Assembly (NCBI GenBank): GCA_016295245.1
Contig: JAEDLO010000001.1
Span: 1-58,803 of the forward strand
Length of the DNA stretch: 58,803 nt
Direction: 5' to 3'
From: Bacteroidales bacterium
GTDB taxonomy: Bacteria; Bacteroidota; Bacteroidia; Bacteroidales; UBA932
Shown here piece after piece: positions 1 to 10,205 of the stretch; within the stretch, counting starts at the first letter, position 1, and the number at the start of each line of letters is the position of its first letter. The notes under the pieces are model-generated. The model did not search any database and was not told where the DNA came from. It was given only the letters and a program-made list of their open reading frames with translations. Both the position numbers and the translations under genes were made by a program.

Positions 1-1
1 T

Positions 2-823
2 ATCCCCCGCACGCTGGCAATGACCCTGTACGGCGACCTGGAAGTCAGCGTCATAGACGAGTTGCCCCCGGGGCGCAAGCCTGTCAAGACCCTGCTCATC
101 TCCCAGAACCGCAAGGCCGCGATGTACAAGTTCCTGCGCGAGGAGATAGCTGCGGGAAGACAGGTATTCATAGTCTATCCGCTCATCTTCGAAAGCGAGA
201 AGCTGGACCTCAAGAACCTGGAACAGGGATATGAGGAGGTAGTCAAGGCCTTCCCTCTGCCCGACTACAAAGTCGCCATCGTCCACGGCCAGCAGAGCGC
301 CGAAGAGAAGGACTTCAATATGTCGGCCTTCGTGGCCGGAAGGGCGAACATCCTGGTATCGACCACAGTCATCGAGGTCGGAGTGGATGTGCCGAATGCT
401 TCGGTGATGGTCATCGAAAGCGCCCAACGCTTCGGTCTGAGCCAGCTCCACCAGCTGCGCGGCCGCGTTGGCAGGGGCGCGGCGAAGTCCTATTGCATCC
501 TGGTCAAGGACTTCAAGACCAGCAAGGAGGCGGAAAGCCGACTGGAGCTGATGTGCTCCACGGAGGACGGCTTCGAGATTGCAGAGCAGGATATGAAGAT
601 GAGGGGGCCCGGCAACCTCGAGGGCACACAGCAGAGCGGTCTGCCGATCAACCTGCGCATAGCCTCCCTCGCGCGCGATTCCAGCCTGCTCAACCAGGCG
701 CGCTCCTATGCCCAGAAGGTACTGGATGCCGATCCGACCCTCTCAAAGAGCGAGAACGCCCCTCTTCGCGCGGAACTGCGCAAGTCGCAATACGAAATAA
801 AAGATTACAGCAAAATATCATGA
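2..823 (+). CDS. recG: ATP-dependent DNA helicase RecG, C-terminal part (5'-truncated by window edge)
   Basis: Open frame from base 2: IPRTLAMTLYGDL, TTVIEVGVDVPNAS, RFGLSQLHQLRGRVGRG, DGFEIAEQDMKMRGPG (RecG motifs and TRG motif). Confidence 0.97.
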   Translation: MPRTLAMTLYGDLEVSVIDELPPGRKPVKTLLISQNRKAAMYKFLREEIAAGRQVFIVYPLIFESEKLDLKNLEQGYEEVVKAFPLPDYKVAIVHGQQSAEEKDFNMSAFVAGRANILVSTTVIEVGVDVPNASVMVIESAQRFGLSQLHQLRGRVGRGAAKSYCILVKDFKTSKEAESRLELMCSTEDGFEIAEQDMKMRGPGNLEGTQQSGLPINLRIASLARDSSLLNQARSYAQKVLDADPTLSKSENAPLRAELRKSQYEIKDYSKIS

Positions 824-3021
824 GGAAACTTACGTTCATTCTAGCAAGTGTGGTTATGATCACCGGTTGCACGACCAATTCAAAGGAAAGCGGATACATT
901 CCACGTTCGGATATCCGCATCGAAGACGGAGTTATGACTCCTGAAACCCTGCTCTCTTTCGGAAGGGTGAGCGGCGGTAAACTGTCCCCCGACTCCAAGA
1001 CCATTCTCTACGGAGTTACTTATACTTCAATTGAGCAGAATCGCTCCTGCCGCAATCTCTTTGTGGTTGACAGCGACGGAAGCAACTGCCGCCAAATCAG
1101 CCGTTACGGCAAGAGTGTCAGCTCCGAAACCTGGTCAAAGGACGGCAAAAGCATCTACTTCCTTCAGGGAGGACAGCTCTACAAGGCCGCCTGGAAGGGA
1201 GGCAAGCTCGGCAAGAAGCAACTCCTCAGCGATGTTCCCGAGGGTATCAACGACTTCAAGATCTCAAACGACGAGAAGAGCATTATCTACATCAGTTCGG
1301 TCAAGAACCCCCTCGTACAGCAGGCAAGCGACATCGACCCGAAACTCGACAAGGCCCAGGTCTATGTCACCGAAGACCTTATGTACCGCCACTGGGACCA
1401 TTGGGTAACCACCACGCCGAAAAGCTATCTCGCACCCCTTGGAGAGGGCCCGATCTGCGCAGCGAACTCCCGCGACCTGATCGAGGACGAGCCTTATGAA
1501 CTTCCGACCGAGCCGTTCGGGGGTATTGAGCAGCTCGACTTTTCGCCTGACGGACGCTATGTGGTTTATTCTTGCCGCAAGAAAGTCGGCAAACAATACG
1601 CCTTCAGCACCAACTGCGGTATCTATATCTTCGACTCTTCAAGCGGCAAGACCCTGACTGTCAAGGGAGACGGAGGATATGACACCGACCCGGTATGGTC
1701 CCCTGACGGAAAGCACATCGCCTGGATTTCAATGCCTCGCGACGGCTACGAGGCCGATGCGCAGAGGCTGCTCGTTTGCGACCTTAGCGAAGGCCCTGAC
1801 GGTCTGCAGAGCGGCAACGTGCGCCAGCTCGCCAAGGAACTCGACAGGGATGCCTCAGGCCCGGTATGGAGCGCCGATTGCAACGCCATCTACTTCAGCG
1901 CCCTTCACAACGGCACCCAGAAACTCTACTGCGCCGGCCTTGACGGAAGCCTCCGCCAGCTGACGGCAAACTCCGAGCCTTATGACTTCTTCAGTCCTTT
2001 CGCAGTCTGCGGGCAGCCGGACAACCTTACTATGTATGCGAGCAACTACTGCCTCAACCGCCCTGTCGAGCTTATCAAGCTCCAGATAGGCAAAGAGGGC
2101 TATGCAAGCTGGGAGCAGCTCACCGACGAGAACGGCCACATTCTCTCGCAGCTTGACACCCCGACTTCGGAAAGCGTCTATGTCCAGACCGTGGACGGCA
2201 AGCAGATGCAGTGCTGGGTGCTCTACCCTCCGAAATTCGACAGCAGCAAGCAATATCCCGCAATAGAAATCGTGCTCGGCGGACCTCAGGGCACCAACTC
2301 CCAGGACTGGAGCTACCGCTGGTGCTACCGCCTGATGGCCCAGCAGGGCTACATCGTCATAATGCCTAACCGCCGCGGCACCACCGCGTTCGGACAGGAG
2401 TGGAAGGAGCAGATTTCAGGAGACTACTGCGGCCTCAATATGCAGGACTACCTGAGCGCCGGCCACTATATCAAGAGCCAGCCTTACGTGAGCAAGCTGG
2501 CCTGCGTGGGCGCATCCTACGGCGGCTACTCAGCCTATATGCTCGAAGGCCTGCACGGCGACCTCTACGACTGCTTCATCGCCCACGCGGGCATCTTCGA
2601 CGAGAAACAGCTCTGGTTCACCACCGAAGAGATGTGGTTCGCCAACTGGGACAACGGCGGCCTTAGCGAGTATGCCTACACTCCTGGCCAGAGCGGCCCT
2701 GCCGGCGACGGTATCACCTTCGGCGGAATGCAGCAGGCAGGCGCGCCTTACGCCGCCACTGCCAAGGCTCAGCGCCACTACGCCAACTCGCCGTCTTCGA
2801 TGGTGACCAAGTGGCACACCCCTATCCTCTGCATCCACGGTATGTTGGACTTCCGCATCCCGTACGAGCAGGGTATGGCAGCCTTCAACGCCGCCCAGAT
2901 GATGGGTGTCCCTTCTAAACTGGCCATCTTCCCTGAAGAGAATCACTGGATACTCCAACCACAAAACTCACTCTGCTGGCACCGTACCGTTTACGACTGG
3001 CTGGACAGGTGGATGAAATAA
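820..3021 (+). CDS. S9 family peptidase (DPP5-like lipoprotein, beta-propeller plus alpha/beta hydrolase)
   Basis: ATG 820 overlaps recG stop (ATGA); lipoprotein signal ending ITGC; PD40-like WSPDG repeats; GASYGG nucleophile motif, D in HGMLDFRI, H in EENHW. Confidence 0.92.
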   Translation: MRKLTFILASVVMITGCTTNSKESGYIPRSDIRIEDGVMTPETLLSFGRVSGGKLSPDSKTILYGVTYTSIEQNRSCRNLFVVDSDGSNCRQISRYGKSVSSETWSKDGKSIYFLQGGQLYKAAWKGGKLGKKQLLSDVPEGINDFKISNDEKSIIYISSVKNPLVQQASDIDPKLDKAQVYVTEDLMYRHWDHWVTTTPKSYLAPLGEGPICAANSRDLIEDEPYELPTEPFGGIEQLDFSPDGRYVVYSCRKKVGKQYAFSTNCGIYIFDSSSGKTLTVKGDGGYDTDPVWSPDGKHIAWISMPRDGYEADAQRLLVCDLSEGPDGLQSGNVRQLAKELDRDASGPVWSADCNAIYFSALHNGTQKLYCAGLDGSLRQLTANSEPYDFFSPFAVCGQPDNLTMYASNYCLNRPVELIKLQIGKEGYASWEQLTDENGHILSQLDTPTSESVYVQTVDGKQMQCWVLYPPKFDSSKQYPAIEIVLGGPQGTNSQDWSYRWCYRLMAQQGYIVIMPNRRGTTAFGQEWKEQISGDYCGLNMQDYLSAGHYIKSQPYVSKLACVGASYGGYSAYMLEGLHGDLYDCFIAHAGIFDEKQLWFTTEEMWFANWDNGGLSEYAYTPGQSGPAGDGITFGGMQQAGAPYAATAKAQRHYANSPSSMVTKWHTPILCIHGMLDFRIPYEQGMAAFNAAQMMGVPSKLAIFPEENHWILQPQNSLCWHRTVYDWLDRWMK

Positions 3022-3029
3022 AGAAAAAA

Positions 3030-3764
3030 ATGGAAGAAAAGTATTTTGACAAAGACATAGTAGCCTGCTACCGCACAGACCTGCATAACAGGCTCAGGCC
3101 GGAAGCCTTCCTGGACCTTGCCCAGCAACTGGCCGTAAAGGGTGCCCAGAGGCTGCCCTTCAATGACACGGCACTTATGAAGCACGACTGCGTATGGGTG
3201 CTTGCAAGGATGAAGGCCGTATTTGAAAGAGAGGTGAAGTTCGACAGCGAGCTCGGGCTGAGCACCTGGCACAAGGGGCCCGACGGGCTGTATTTCCTGC
3301 GTGACTATCAGCTCTGGGACGACAAGGGCATAGCCGTCAACTCAACCAGTTCCTGGATAGTGATGAACGCCACGACCCGAAGGATTTCCCGCGACGAGAA
3401 GGTTATGGAGTTACTGGACATCCCGGCTCAGTGCAGCGAACACGCCATCGAGCAGCCTTGCCCGAAGATAGTATTTCCCAAAAATGCGGAGGCTGAGTTG
3501 CTCGGGGTCCACAAGGTGAGATATTCGGACATAGACAAAAACGGCCACACCAACAATGTGAAGTACACGGTATGGGCGCTGGACAATCTCCCTCAGGACC
3601 TGGTGCTGAACCACAGGCTCAAGGAGCTGAGCATCAACTTCAACAAGGAAGCCCTGCCGGGAGAGGAAGTAGCCCTGTATCACGCTGAAATCGACGGTGC
3701 CCACATCGTCGAGGGACGCTCCCAAGACCATCAGGTCTTTATCGAGAAACTGATCTTTGAATAG
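3030..3764 (+). CDS. Acyl-ACP thioesterase (double hot-dog fold)
   Basis: SDIDKNGHTNNVKY motif, WVLARM segment; ATG 3030 preferred over the track start 3009. Confidence 0.88.
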   Translation: MEEKYFDKDIVACYRTDLHNRLRPEAFLDLAQQLAVKGAQRLPFNDTALMKHDCVWVLARMKAVFEREVKFDSELGLSTWHKGPDGLYFLRDYQLWDDKGIAVNSTSSWIVMNATTRRISRDEKVMELLDIPAQCSEHAIEQPCPKIVFPKNAEAELLGVHKVRYSDIDKNGHTNNVKYTVWALDNLPQDLVLNHRLKELSINFNKEALPGEEVALYHAEIDGAHIVEGRSQDHQVFIEKLIFE

Positions 3765-3766
3765 AC

Positions 3767-4606
3767 TCAGACTATCTGCCTGAATCTTTCAGGAATACGG
3801 ACTATTATGACGGCCTCCAGCATCGCCGGTTTGTTCAAGGCGTATGGAGGCCTGAATATTGTCTGGAGCCGGCGGGCGATGACAGTCCACTTGTCCCAGT
3901 TTCGGGCCTTGTGGGTCGATACCATACGGATGGTCTTGGATCTGCGCTTGAGATGTTTTTTGACTCCAGACTGTATCCTGTCCTTGTCGCTGAAGCGGGC
4001 CTGGATGCGCCCCATATCGAAATAGCCGAAATGGAACAGATACAAATCCTTGGCAATATGATAGTTATGACCTTTGACCCTATGAAAACCGCGACCCCAG
4101 CGCAGGGGCTGGGCGATTACGCTCGGCTTGGTGTAGCGTGTTGAGAGACGAGCGTAGGAGCGTTGCGACAGGAACGGGACATCTGCCTGGATATTGCCCT
4201 CATAGCCGAGCAACTGGCCCACGTCCACCCCGAGTCCTGAAATAGAAGTTTTGATGTCCTGGGATTCAAGATACTCTCTTAGGCTCACACCCTTGTTGGG
4301 GTCCACAACGAGGAACTCATCGGCGTCCACACCTATGGCGAGGTCATAACCCTTCTCCATAAGTTCCGCAGCCCTTGCAGAAAGGAAGTCAAGGCGCTGT
4401 TTTTCCAACTCCACTACTTTGCCGGGAATCTTGTCTTCCAGGGAAGTGTTGGTCCCTTCGCAGAATGCAGGCACCGTCTGGTCCTTGCCGTCGAAGTAGA
4501 TATAGAGGTTCTCGCGACCGAATTCAGCCCCGTAATATTCCACCCATTTTTTGAGGTAGAAGTCATCATTTCTGAGCATCGTCAGAACACAAATCTTCTT
4601 GTCCAT
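3767..4606 (-). CDS. Glycosyltransferase family 2-like protein
   Basis: MLRNDDFYLKKWVEYY N-terminus, VDADEF DxD motif, HFG motif. Confidence 0.8.
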   Translation of the reverse strand: MDKKICVLTMLRNDDFYLKKWVEYYGAEFGRENLYIYFDGKDQTVPAFCEGTNTSLEDKIPGKVVELEKQRLDFLSARAAELMEKGYDLAIGVDADEFLVVDPNKGVSLREYLESQDIKTSISGLGVDVGQLLGYEGNIQADVPFLSQRSYARLSTRYTKPSVIAQPLRWGRGFHRVKGHNYHIAKDLYLFHFGYFDMGRIQARFSDKDRIQSGVKKHLKRRSKTIRMVSTHKARNWDKWTVIARRLQTIFRPPYALNKPAMLEAVIIVRIPERFRQIV

Positions 4607-4609
4607 AAG

Positions 4610-5392
4610 CTAGATACTATATTCAATAGGGTTCGTGTCTATTTCAGTTTTCAAGACTTCAAGAGCAGGAAAAGCGCTCTTGAGCAGGTCGGCAAGAAGG
4701 TCGACGGTAAACTTTTCGCTCTGGTAGTGGCCCAATTCCACGAGTGTCAGGCCGGGGTATTCAAAGAAATCGTGATAGTGGAATTCACCGCTCACGAAGC
4801 AGTCAGCCCCCGCATTGCGGGCATCAGCGGCAAGAAAAGCCCCGGCTCCGCCGCAAATAGCCACCTTCGAGACGGTCTTTCCGACAAGCCTGGAGTGACG
4901 GACGCATTTGACGCCGAAACGCTCTGCAAGCATCCTTACAAAGTCTCCATCGTTCATCGGCTCAGGAAGACTGCCAATCACTCCGCTGCCTCCTTCCCTG
5001 CCCTCCAGAGGGCTGAGAAACGATAGATTATCAAGCCCGATTATCGAGGCTATCTTGTAATTGACCCCTCCCGGCGCATTGTCCAGGCTGGTATGGGCCG
5101 AATAGATTGCAATCCCACCGGTAAGAGCTTTGACCACGCAACGCTGCTGATAAGTGGCATCACTGACGGTCTTGAGAGCCTTGAAAATCAGCGGATGGTG
5201 GGACACAATCAGGGAGCAGCCCTTTTCGGCCGCTTCGGCAACTATCTCCTCGGTAACGTCAAGGCAGACCAGCACCTTGCCGATTTCAGCATCCGGGAAG
5301 CCGACCTGCAGACCGGAATTATCGTAACTCTCCTGGAGTGAGCGGGGCGCCGCCAACTCCAGAAGAGATATGATTTCCTTAAGTGTTGTCAT
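4610..5392 (-). CDS. Nif3-like dinuclear metal centre protein (YbgI/YqfO family)
   Basis: DNSGLQVG, SHHPLIF, HTSLD, GHYQSE motifs. Confidence 0.93.
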   Translation of the reverse strand: MTTLKEIISLLELAAPRSLQESYDNSGLQVGFPDAEIGKVLVCLDVTEEIVAEAAEKGCSLIVSHHPLIFKALKTVSDATYQQRCVVKALTGGIAIYSAHTSLDNAPGGVNYKIASIIGLDNLSFLSPLEGREGGSGVIGSLPEPMNDGDFVRMLAERFGVKCVRHSRLVGKTVSKVAICGGAGAFLAADARNAGADCFVSGEFHYHDFFEYPGLTLVELGHYQSEKFTVDLLADLLKSAFPALEVLKTEIDTNPIEYSI

Positions 5393-5404
5393 TACTCTGC
5401 CAAA

Positions 5405-7732
5405 CTAGAAATTGATGCTCATCTTGTCGCCGCTGTACTCGACTTCCTTTGAAGCGGCACCGTCGGCGAAAACAAGCTTGAAGACACGCTTTTGAGGCAT
5501 ACCCTTGAACGAGCCGCTGCGCTCGCCTATGCTAAGGGTCCTTCCTTTGAGAGTGAACTCTATCGTAGAGTACTCTCCCTTGCGGTAATTCTGGCCGTCA
5601 CCTTCGTCCTCATAGAGGGTGAAGCTGCCGTTTGCGCCAGGATATACCTTGATTACGAGTTCGTCCCAAGGCTTTTCGTTGCAATACTGCACATCCGGGC
5701 CTTCAGGCACAATGCTTCCTGCCTTAACAAAGAGCGGAATATCGTCAAGCTTTGCGGAAACGCTGACATAGCGGCCTCCCTGATGAAGCTTTCCTGTCCA
5801 GTAGTCGTACCAGGAAGCACCCTTCGGAAGATATACATTGAAGCTCTTGTCGGCAGTCCAGTCAGGAGTCTCTTCCGACCAGCCGCGTGTCTCGCTGGTG
5901 TAGAGGGCTTTGGTGACAGGAGCGACAAGATAGGCGTCGCCGAACATAAACTCACTGCCCATATTCCATACATTCTTGTCCTTAGGGAAGTCCATTACCA
6001 GGGCGCGCATAAAGCTGCCGTTGTCGGAAGTGACTTTCCATGAGGTGCTGTAGATGTATGGCAGGAGCGTGTAGCGCATCTTGATAAACTTGAGAATGGC
6101 GTCATAAACAGGCTCCCCCTCCTCGCCGAACTCCCAGATTTCGCGGCGTGAGCTCTCTCCGTGGCTTCTCATCATAGGATTGAAGAGGCCGAATTGGAGC
6201 CAGCGGACATAGAGTTCCTGGAAGCGCGGATTGCGGGCGCAGCTTGCAGTCTCTCCCCTCTTGTTGTATGCTCCCGGGAAGAAACCGCCGATATCAGAGT
6301 TGAAATTTGGATTTCCGGTAAGGGTATAGCCAAGGCCGGCAGGAATCTGGTGGCGGAAATCGTCCCAGGTACTCTGGACGTCACCGCTCCAGGTGTTGGC
6401 TCCGGTCCTCTGCTGTCCGGTGAAGGCTGACCTGGTAAGAATCATAGGGCGCCTGTCGGAAACGGTGAGCTGATTGTCCACCACTCCCGAGACGGTCAGA
6501 ATCGGGAACGCGTTGAGGACTGAACGGTACGAGCCCTCGCCTGTCATTATCTCAAGATCTGAGTCCTTGTAGCTGTGGTGGTCAGGCTCGGTAGAGTCCA
6601 TCCACCATCCGTCGATGCCCAGATTCTCGAGCCTGAGGAGGTGTTTCCAATAGATGTCGCGGGCCTCGCCGCTGAAGGCATCGTAAGGGAGGACACCCGA
6701 AGGATAATCCATACGAGGAGGCCAATAAGGAAGTCCGCTCTGCGGCCAGGTCTCGAAGTTTAGCAGATGACCCTTGGCAGCAAGTTCGCGGTAAGGCTTG
6801 GTCATCGGGCCGAAAGAAGCCCAGATGGAGATGAGCAGGTGGGCATTCTTGGCGTGGATTTCGTCAACCATCGCCTTTGGATCAGGGAAGCCCTCATTGA
6901 GGAACTCCATCGCATTCCAGAGATAGTTGTTGCCCCAGTACTGCCAGTCCTGGATCACACAGTCGATAGGAACTCTTCTTGACCGGTAGCCTTCAAGCAC
7001 TCCGAGGATTTCATCCTGGGTCTTGTAGCGCTCGCGGCTCTGCATAAAGCCGTAGCTCCAGAGCGGCAGCATAGGCACGGTGCCGGTAAGTTTGCGGATG
7101 CCGGCAATAACTCCGTCAGCGTCGCCGCCATAGATGAAATAATAATCAACGCGGTCACCTACCTCGGATTCGAAGAGCATACCTGATGCGTCATCACGGA
7201 AAATGGTCGGAGACGGGTTGTCCCAGAGTATTCCGTAGCCCTTGACCGACTGGACCACAGGCATAAAGTCCTCAGTGTTGTCCTGACGCATATAGCGGTT
7301 CTTGCCCCTGAGGCTCAGTTCTCCGTCCTGGAGTATGCCCAGACCGTAAACCGGCTCGTCTTCATCAAGTTTGAATTTTTGTCCTACAACAAAAGATCCC
7401 TCGTCCAAACCTTGAAGACGGGTGGTAAGGTAGTGGTCAGCCTCGCTGAGTATCTTCTTGCCCTTCACGCTGAAGGTCACCTTTCCGTCACTCGAGACGC
7501 TTACCTTTACAAGCGAAGAGCTGTAGGTCTTGTCGGCGCTGCCGCTTTCGCTGACCTTGACGTCTTCAGGCTCTGCGAAAACGGAAAAACTCTTCTTGGC
7601 TGTCGCGAGTGTAGCGGCATCCGATTTCTGGATCCGGACTATGCCGGGAGTGTAAAATGTCACCTTCACCTCCTGTGCCCCCAGTGTCAGGCTGAGCAGG
7701 AGTGAAGCTAGAGCGATAATAGGCCTTTTCAT
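5405..7732 (-). CDS. GH31 glycoside hydrolase (alpha-xylosidase-like), signal peptide
   Basis: IQDWQYW, WWMDSTEP (nucleophile), WSGD (acid/base), MMRSHG, C-terminal LYEDEGD. Confidence 0.92.
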   Translation of the reverse strand: MKRPIIALASLLLSLTLGAQEVKVTFYTPGIVRIQKSDAATLATAKKSFSVFAEPEDVKVSESGSADKTYSSSLVKVSVSSDGKVTFSVKGKKILSEADHYLTTRLQGLDEGSFVVGQKFKLDEDEPVYGLGILQDGELSLRGKNRYMRQDNTEDFMPVVQSVKGYGILWDNPSPTIFRDDASGMLFESEVGDRVDYYFIYGGDADGVIAGIRKLTGTVPMLPLWSYGFMQSRERYKTQDEILGVLEGYRSRRVPIDCVIQDWQYWGNNYLWNAMEFLNEGFPDPKAMVDEIHAKNAHLLISIWASFGPMTKPYRELAAKGHLLNFETWPQSGLPYWPPRMDYPSGVLPYDAFSGEARDIYWKHLLRLENLGIDGWWMDSTEPDHHSYKDSDLEIMTGEGSYRSVLNAFPILTVSGVVDNQLTVSDRRPMILTRSAFTGQQRTGANTWSGDVQSTWDDFRHQIPAGLGYTLTGNPNFNSDIGGFFPGAYNKRGETASCARNPRFQELYVRWLQFGLFNPMMRSHGESSRREIWEFGEEGEPVYDAILKFIKMRYTLLPYIYSTSWKVTSDNGSFMRALVMDFPKDKNVWNMGSEFMFGDAYLVAPVTKALYTSETRGWSEETPDWTADKSFNVYLPKGASWYDYWTGKLHQGGRYVSVSAKLDDIPLFVKAGSIVPEGPDVQYCNEKPWDELVIKVYPGANGSFTLYEDEGDGQNYRKGEYSTIEFTLKGRTLSIGERSGSFKGMPQKRVFKLVFADGAASKEVEYSGDKMSINF

Positions 7733-7758
7733 AATGATTTGGTTTAAAAGTTTTTGTG

Positions 7759-10116
7759 TCAGATTTTCCGAAGTTTGGCATATTTGAGCAGGAGGAGCTT
7801 CTCGCCGTAATCGTCGAAGCGTATCCTTGCCTTCATATCAGGTGCGCTTCCGCTCAGGTCCAGAATCTGCCCGGCACCGAAGCGGTTGTGTTCAATTCTC
7901 ATCCCGACACCAAGGTTCTCCTGCGGTATGCCGCTGAAGTCGCCTTCGATAACGGAAGGCCTAGGCGCCGCTGTGGGTCTTGTCGGGGACGGAGCCGGTC
8001 TGCGCTCGTAGCTGACCCTCGAAGACTGGCCCCAGGGCGTAGGTGAACCGGGACGCTGCCTCAGACTTGCTCCAGACCAGGACGAAGCCGGGCTGATAAA
8101 GTCTTCCTTGCTCAGAGGGTTGAGAATGTAGCGCTTGTCGATTTCGGAGATGAAGCGCGAAGGCGCATTGGACTCGTGCTTGCCGTTGCGCATACGGCTG
8201 GTGGCGAAGCTCAGGCTTACAGCCTTCTTGGCGCGGGTCACGGCCACATAGAACAGGCGGCGCTCCTCTTCGAGGTCGCGGGTTGAAGTAGTCATCGACA
8301 GGCTCGGGAAGAGGTTCTCCTCCATGCCGGCGACAAAGACATAAGGGTACTCCAGACCCTTCGAAGAGTGGACGGTCATCAGCGAGACTTTGTTTGTGCT
8401 GTCCTGGTCATCTTCGACATCCACGTTGCTCAGAAGGGCAGCGCTCTCGAGGAAGTCATCCAGGGTGAAAACCAGGGTCGAGAAATCCTCGCCGGAAGCC
8501 TCCACTTCTTCCTGCCTCTCTTCGACAAAGCCCATCACGGAGTTGAGCAATTCGTCTATGTTGGCAAGCCGCGACTGGCCCTCGATGGAGTTGTCGGACT
8601 TGAAGAGGGCATAGAGGCCGCTCTTGTCTGCTATCTCGCGCGCGAGGTCGTAGGCGTCGGTAGTGCTGAGCTTCTGCGAAAGAGCGTTGATCATATCGCA
8701 GAAGGAGCGAATCTTCCCCACTGCTGCCGGTTTGAGGCCGAACTGCTCGAGATCCTCCAGCTCCACCGCCTTGAAGAGCGAGGTCTTGTGCGTCAGGGCG
8801 GCATTGGCAAGAGCATTGAGGCTGGTGTCGCCTATGCCCCTGGCTGGCTTGTTGACGATGCGCCGGAAAGACTCGTCGTCACGCGGATTGACCACAAGCT
8901 TGAAGTAAGCCATCATATCCTTGATTTCGGCGCGGTCGAAGAAGGAGTTGCCGGAGTAAATCATATAAGGAATGTTCCTGCGGCGCAGCTGTTCCTCCAG
9001 GGCGCGCGACTGCGAGTTGGTGCGGTAGAGGATGGCGAAATCTTCGTATCCGGCCTTGTCCGAGCGGACGCGGTCCATAATGGCGGAGACTATCATCACA
9101 GCCTCCTCCGTCTCGGAGCCGGAAGAGATCAGGCGGATGAGTTCGCCCTCCTCAGCGTCGGAGTAGCAGTTCTTGGGGATTCTGCCCTCGTTGTGGGCTA
9201 TGAGCGAATTGGCGGCGTTGACGATGACCCGGGTGGAACGGTAGTTACGCTCAAGTCTGAAGAGCTTGCACTCCGGATAGTCGCGCTTGAAATTGAGTAT
9301 GTTTTCTATCTTGGCACCGCGGAAGGCATAGATTGACTGGCTGTCGTCACCCACCACGCATATATTGTGGTGGAACTGGGCCAGCTTCTTGAGTATCAGA
9401 TACTGGGAGTAGTTGGTATCCTGATACTCATCAACCATTATGTACTCAAAGCGCGAGGCTATGGTCTTCAGAGCCTCCGGATTGTCCCTGAAGAGGATAT
9501 TCATATTGAGCAGGATGTCGTCGAAATCCATCACGCCGGACTGCTTGAGCTTCAGCTGATAACGCTCATACAGGTCGCACAGCCTCTGATGCTTCGAACG
9601 CACATCGGCGAGCATCAGGTCGGAGTTGTTGCGATAGCCGGTCGGCGTGACGAGGTTGTTCTTTGCCGACGAGATGCGCGCGAGAACGTCCTTGGGCTTG
9701 TAGATCTTGTCGTCGAGTCCCATCTCCTTGACGCAGACTTTGACCGCGCTCTGGGAATCGGAAGTATCGTATATGGTAAAATTCTCGGGATAGCCCAGGA
9801 AGCCGGCGTATTCACGGAGAAAGCGGATGAACACGGAGTGGAAGGTGCCCATCACCAGTCTTCCGGCCTGCCTGCGGCCGACCATCAGGGCGATGCGCTC
9901 TTTCATCTCGTTTGCCGCTTTCTTTGTAAAGGTAAGGGCGAGGATGGAAGAAGGATCCGCGCCTTCCTCCAATATGTGTGCAATGCGGCTCGTAAGAACC
10001 CTCGTCTTTCCGGAACCGGCGCCGGCGACTATCAGGGAAGGCCCTTGAATGCAGGTCACCGCCTTTACCTGTTCTTCATTCAACCCTTCCAGAACAGAAC
10101 TTCTATTCATTTCCAT
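7759..10116 (-). CDS. uvrD: UvrD/PcrA superfamily 1 DNA helicase
   Basis: AGAGSGKT, TFTKKAA, VDEYQD, VGDDSQSIY, NYRST, MTVHSSKGLE, EERRLFYVAVTRA; start ATG 10116 or 10110. Confidence 0.95.
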   Translation of the reverse strand: MEMNRSSVLEGLNEEQVKAVTCIQGPSLIVAGAGSGKTRVLTSRIAHILEEGADPSSILALTFTKKAANEMKERIALMVGRRQAGRLVMGTFHSVFIRFLREYAGFLGYPENFTIYDTSDSQSAVKVCVKEMGLDDKIYKPKDVLARISSAKNNLVTPTGYRNNSDLMLADVRSKHQRLCDLYERYQLKLKQSGVMDFDDILLNMNILFRDNPEALKTIASRFEYIMVDEYQDTNYSQYLILKKLAQFHHNICVVGDDSQSIYAFRGAKIENILNFKRDYPECKLFRLERNYRSTRVIVNAANSLIAHNEGRIPKNCYSDAEEGELIRLISSGSETEEAVMIVSAIMDRVRSDKAGYEDFAILYRTNSQSRALEEQLRRRNIPYMIYSGNSFFDRAEIKDMMAYFKLVVNPRDDESFRRIVNKPARGIGDTSLNALANAALTHKTSLFKAVELEDLEQFGLKPAAVGKIRSFCDMINALSQKLSTTDAYDLAREIADKSGLYALFKSDNSIEGQSRLANIDELLNSVMGFVEERQEEVEASGEDFSTLVFTLDDFLESAALLSNVDVEDDQDSTNKVSLMTVHSSKGLEYPYVFVAGMEENLFPSLSMTTSTRDLEEERRLFYVAVTRAKKAVSLSFATSRMRNGKHESNAPSRFISEIDKRYILNPLSKEDFISPASSWSGASLRQRPGSPTPWGQSSRVSYERRPAPSPTRPTAAPRPSVIEGDFSGIPQENLGVGMRIEHNRFGAGQILDLSGSAPDMKARIRFDDYGEKLLLLKYAKLRKI

Positions 10117-10137
10117 CACTATACTATGAACTGAACA

Positions 10138-10167
10138 CGAAAATACGAAAAAAAATGCGTAACTTCG
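10138..10167. promoter_or_regulatory. Divergent -7-like elements (TAnnTTCG variant) for uvrD and the nqr operon
   Basis: TATTTTCG on minus strand (10145-10138) and TAACTTCG on plus strand (10160-10167); one mismatch to the Bacteroidetes TAnnTTTG consensus. Confidence 0.5.
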
Positions 10168-10205
10168 CAACGCTTTTTATGCAAATCCAAAACTTATTAA
10201 TATCC

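Noticed and set aside
493..819. 109-aa N-terminal extension of the S9 peptidase in the ORF track
   Set aside because: Overlaps recG in another frame; ATG 820 gives a proper lipoprotein signal and an ATGA overlap.
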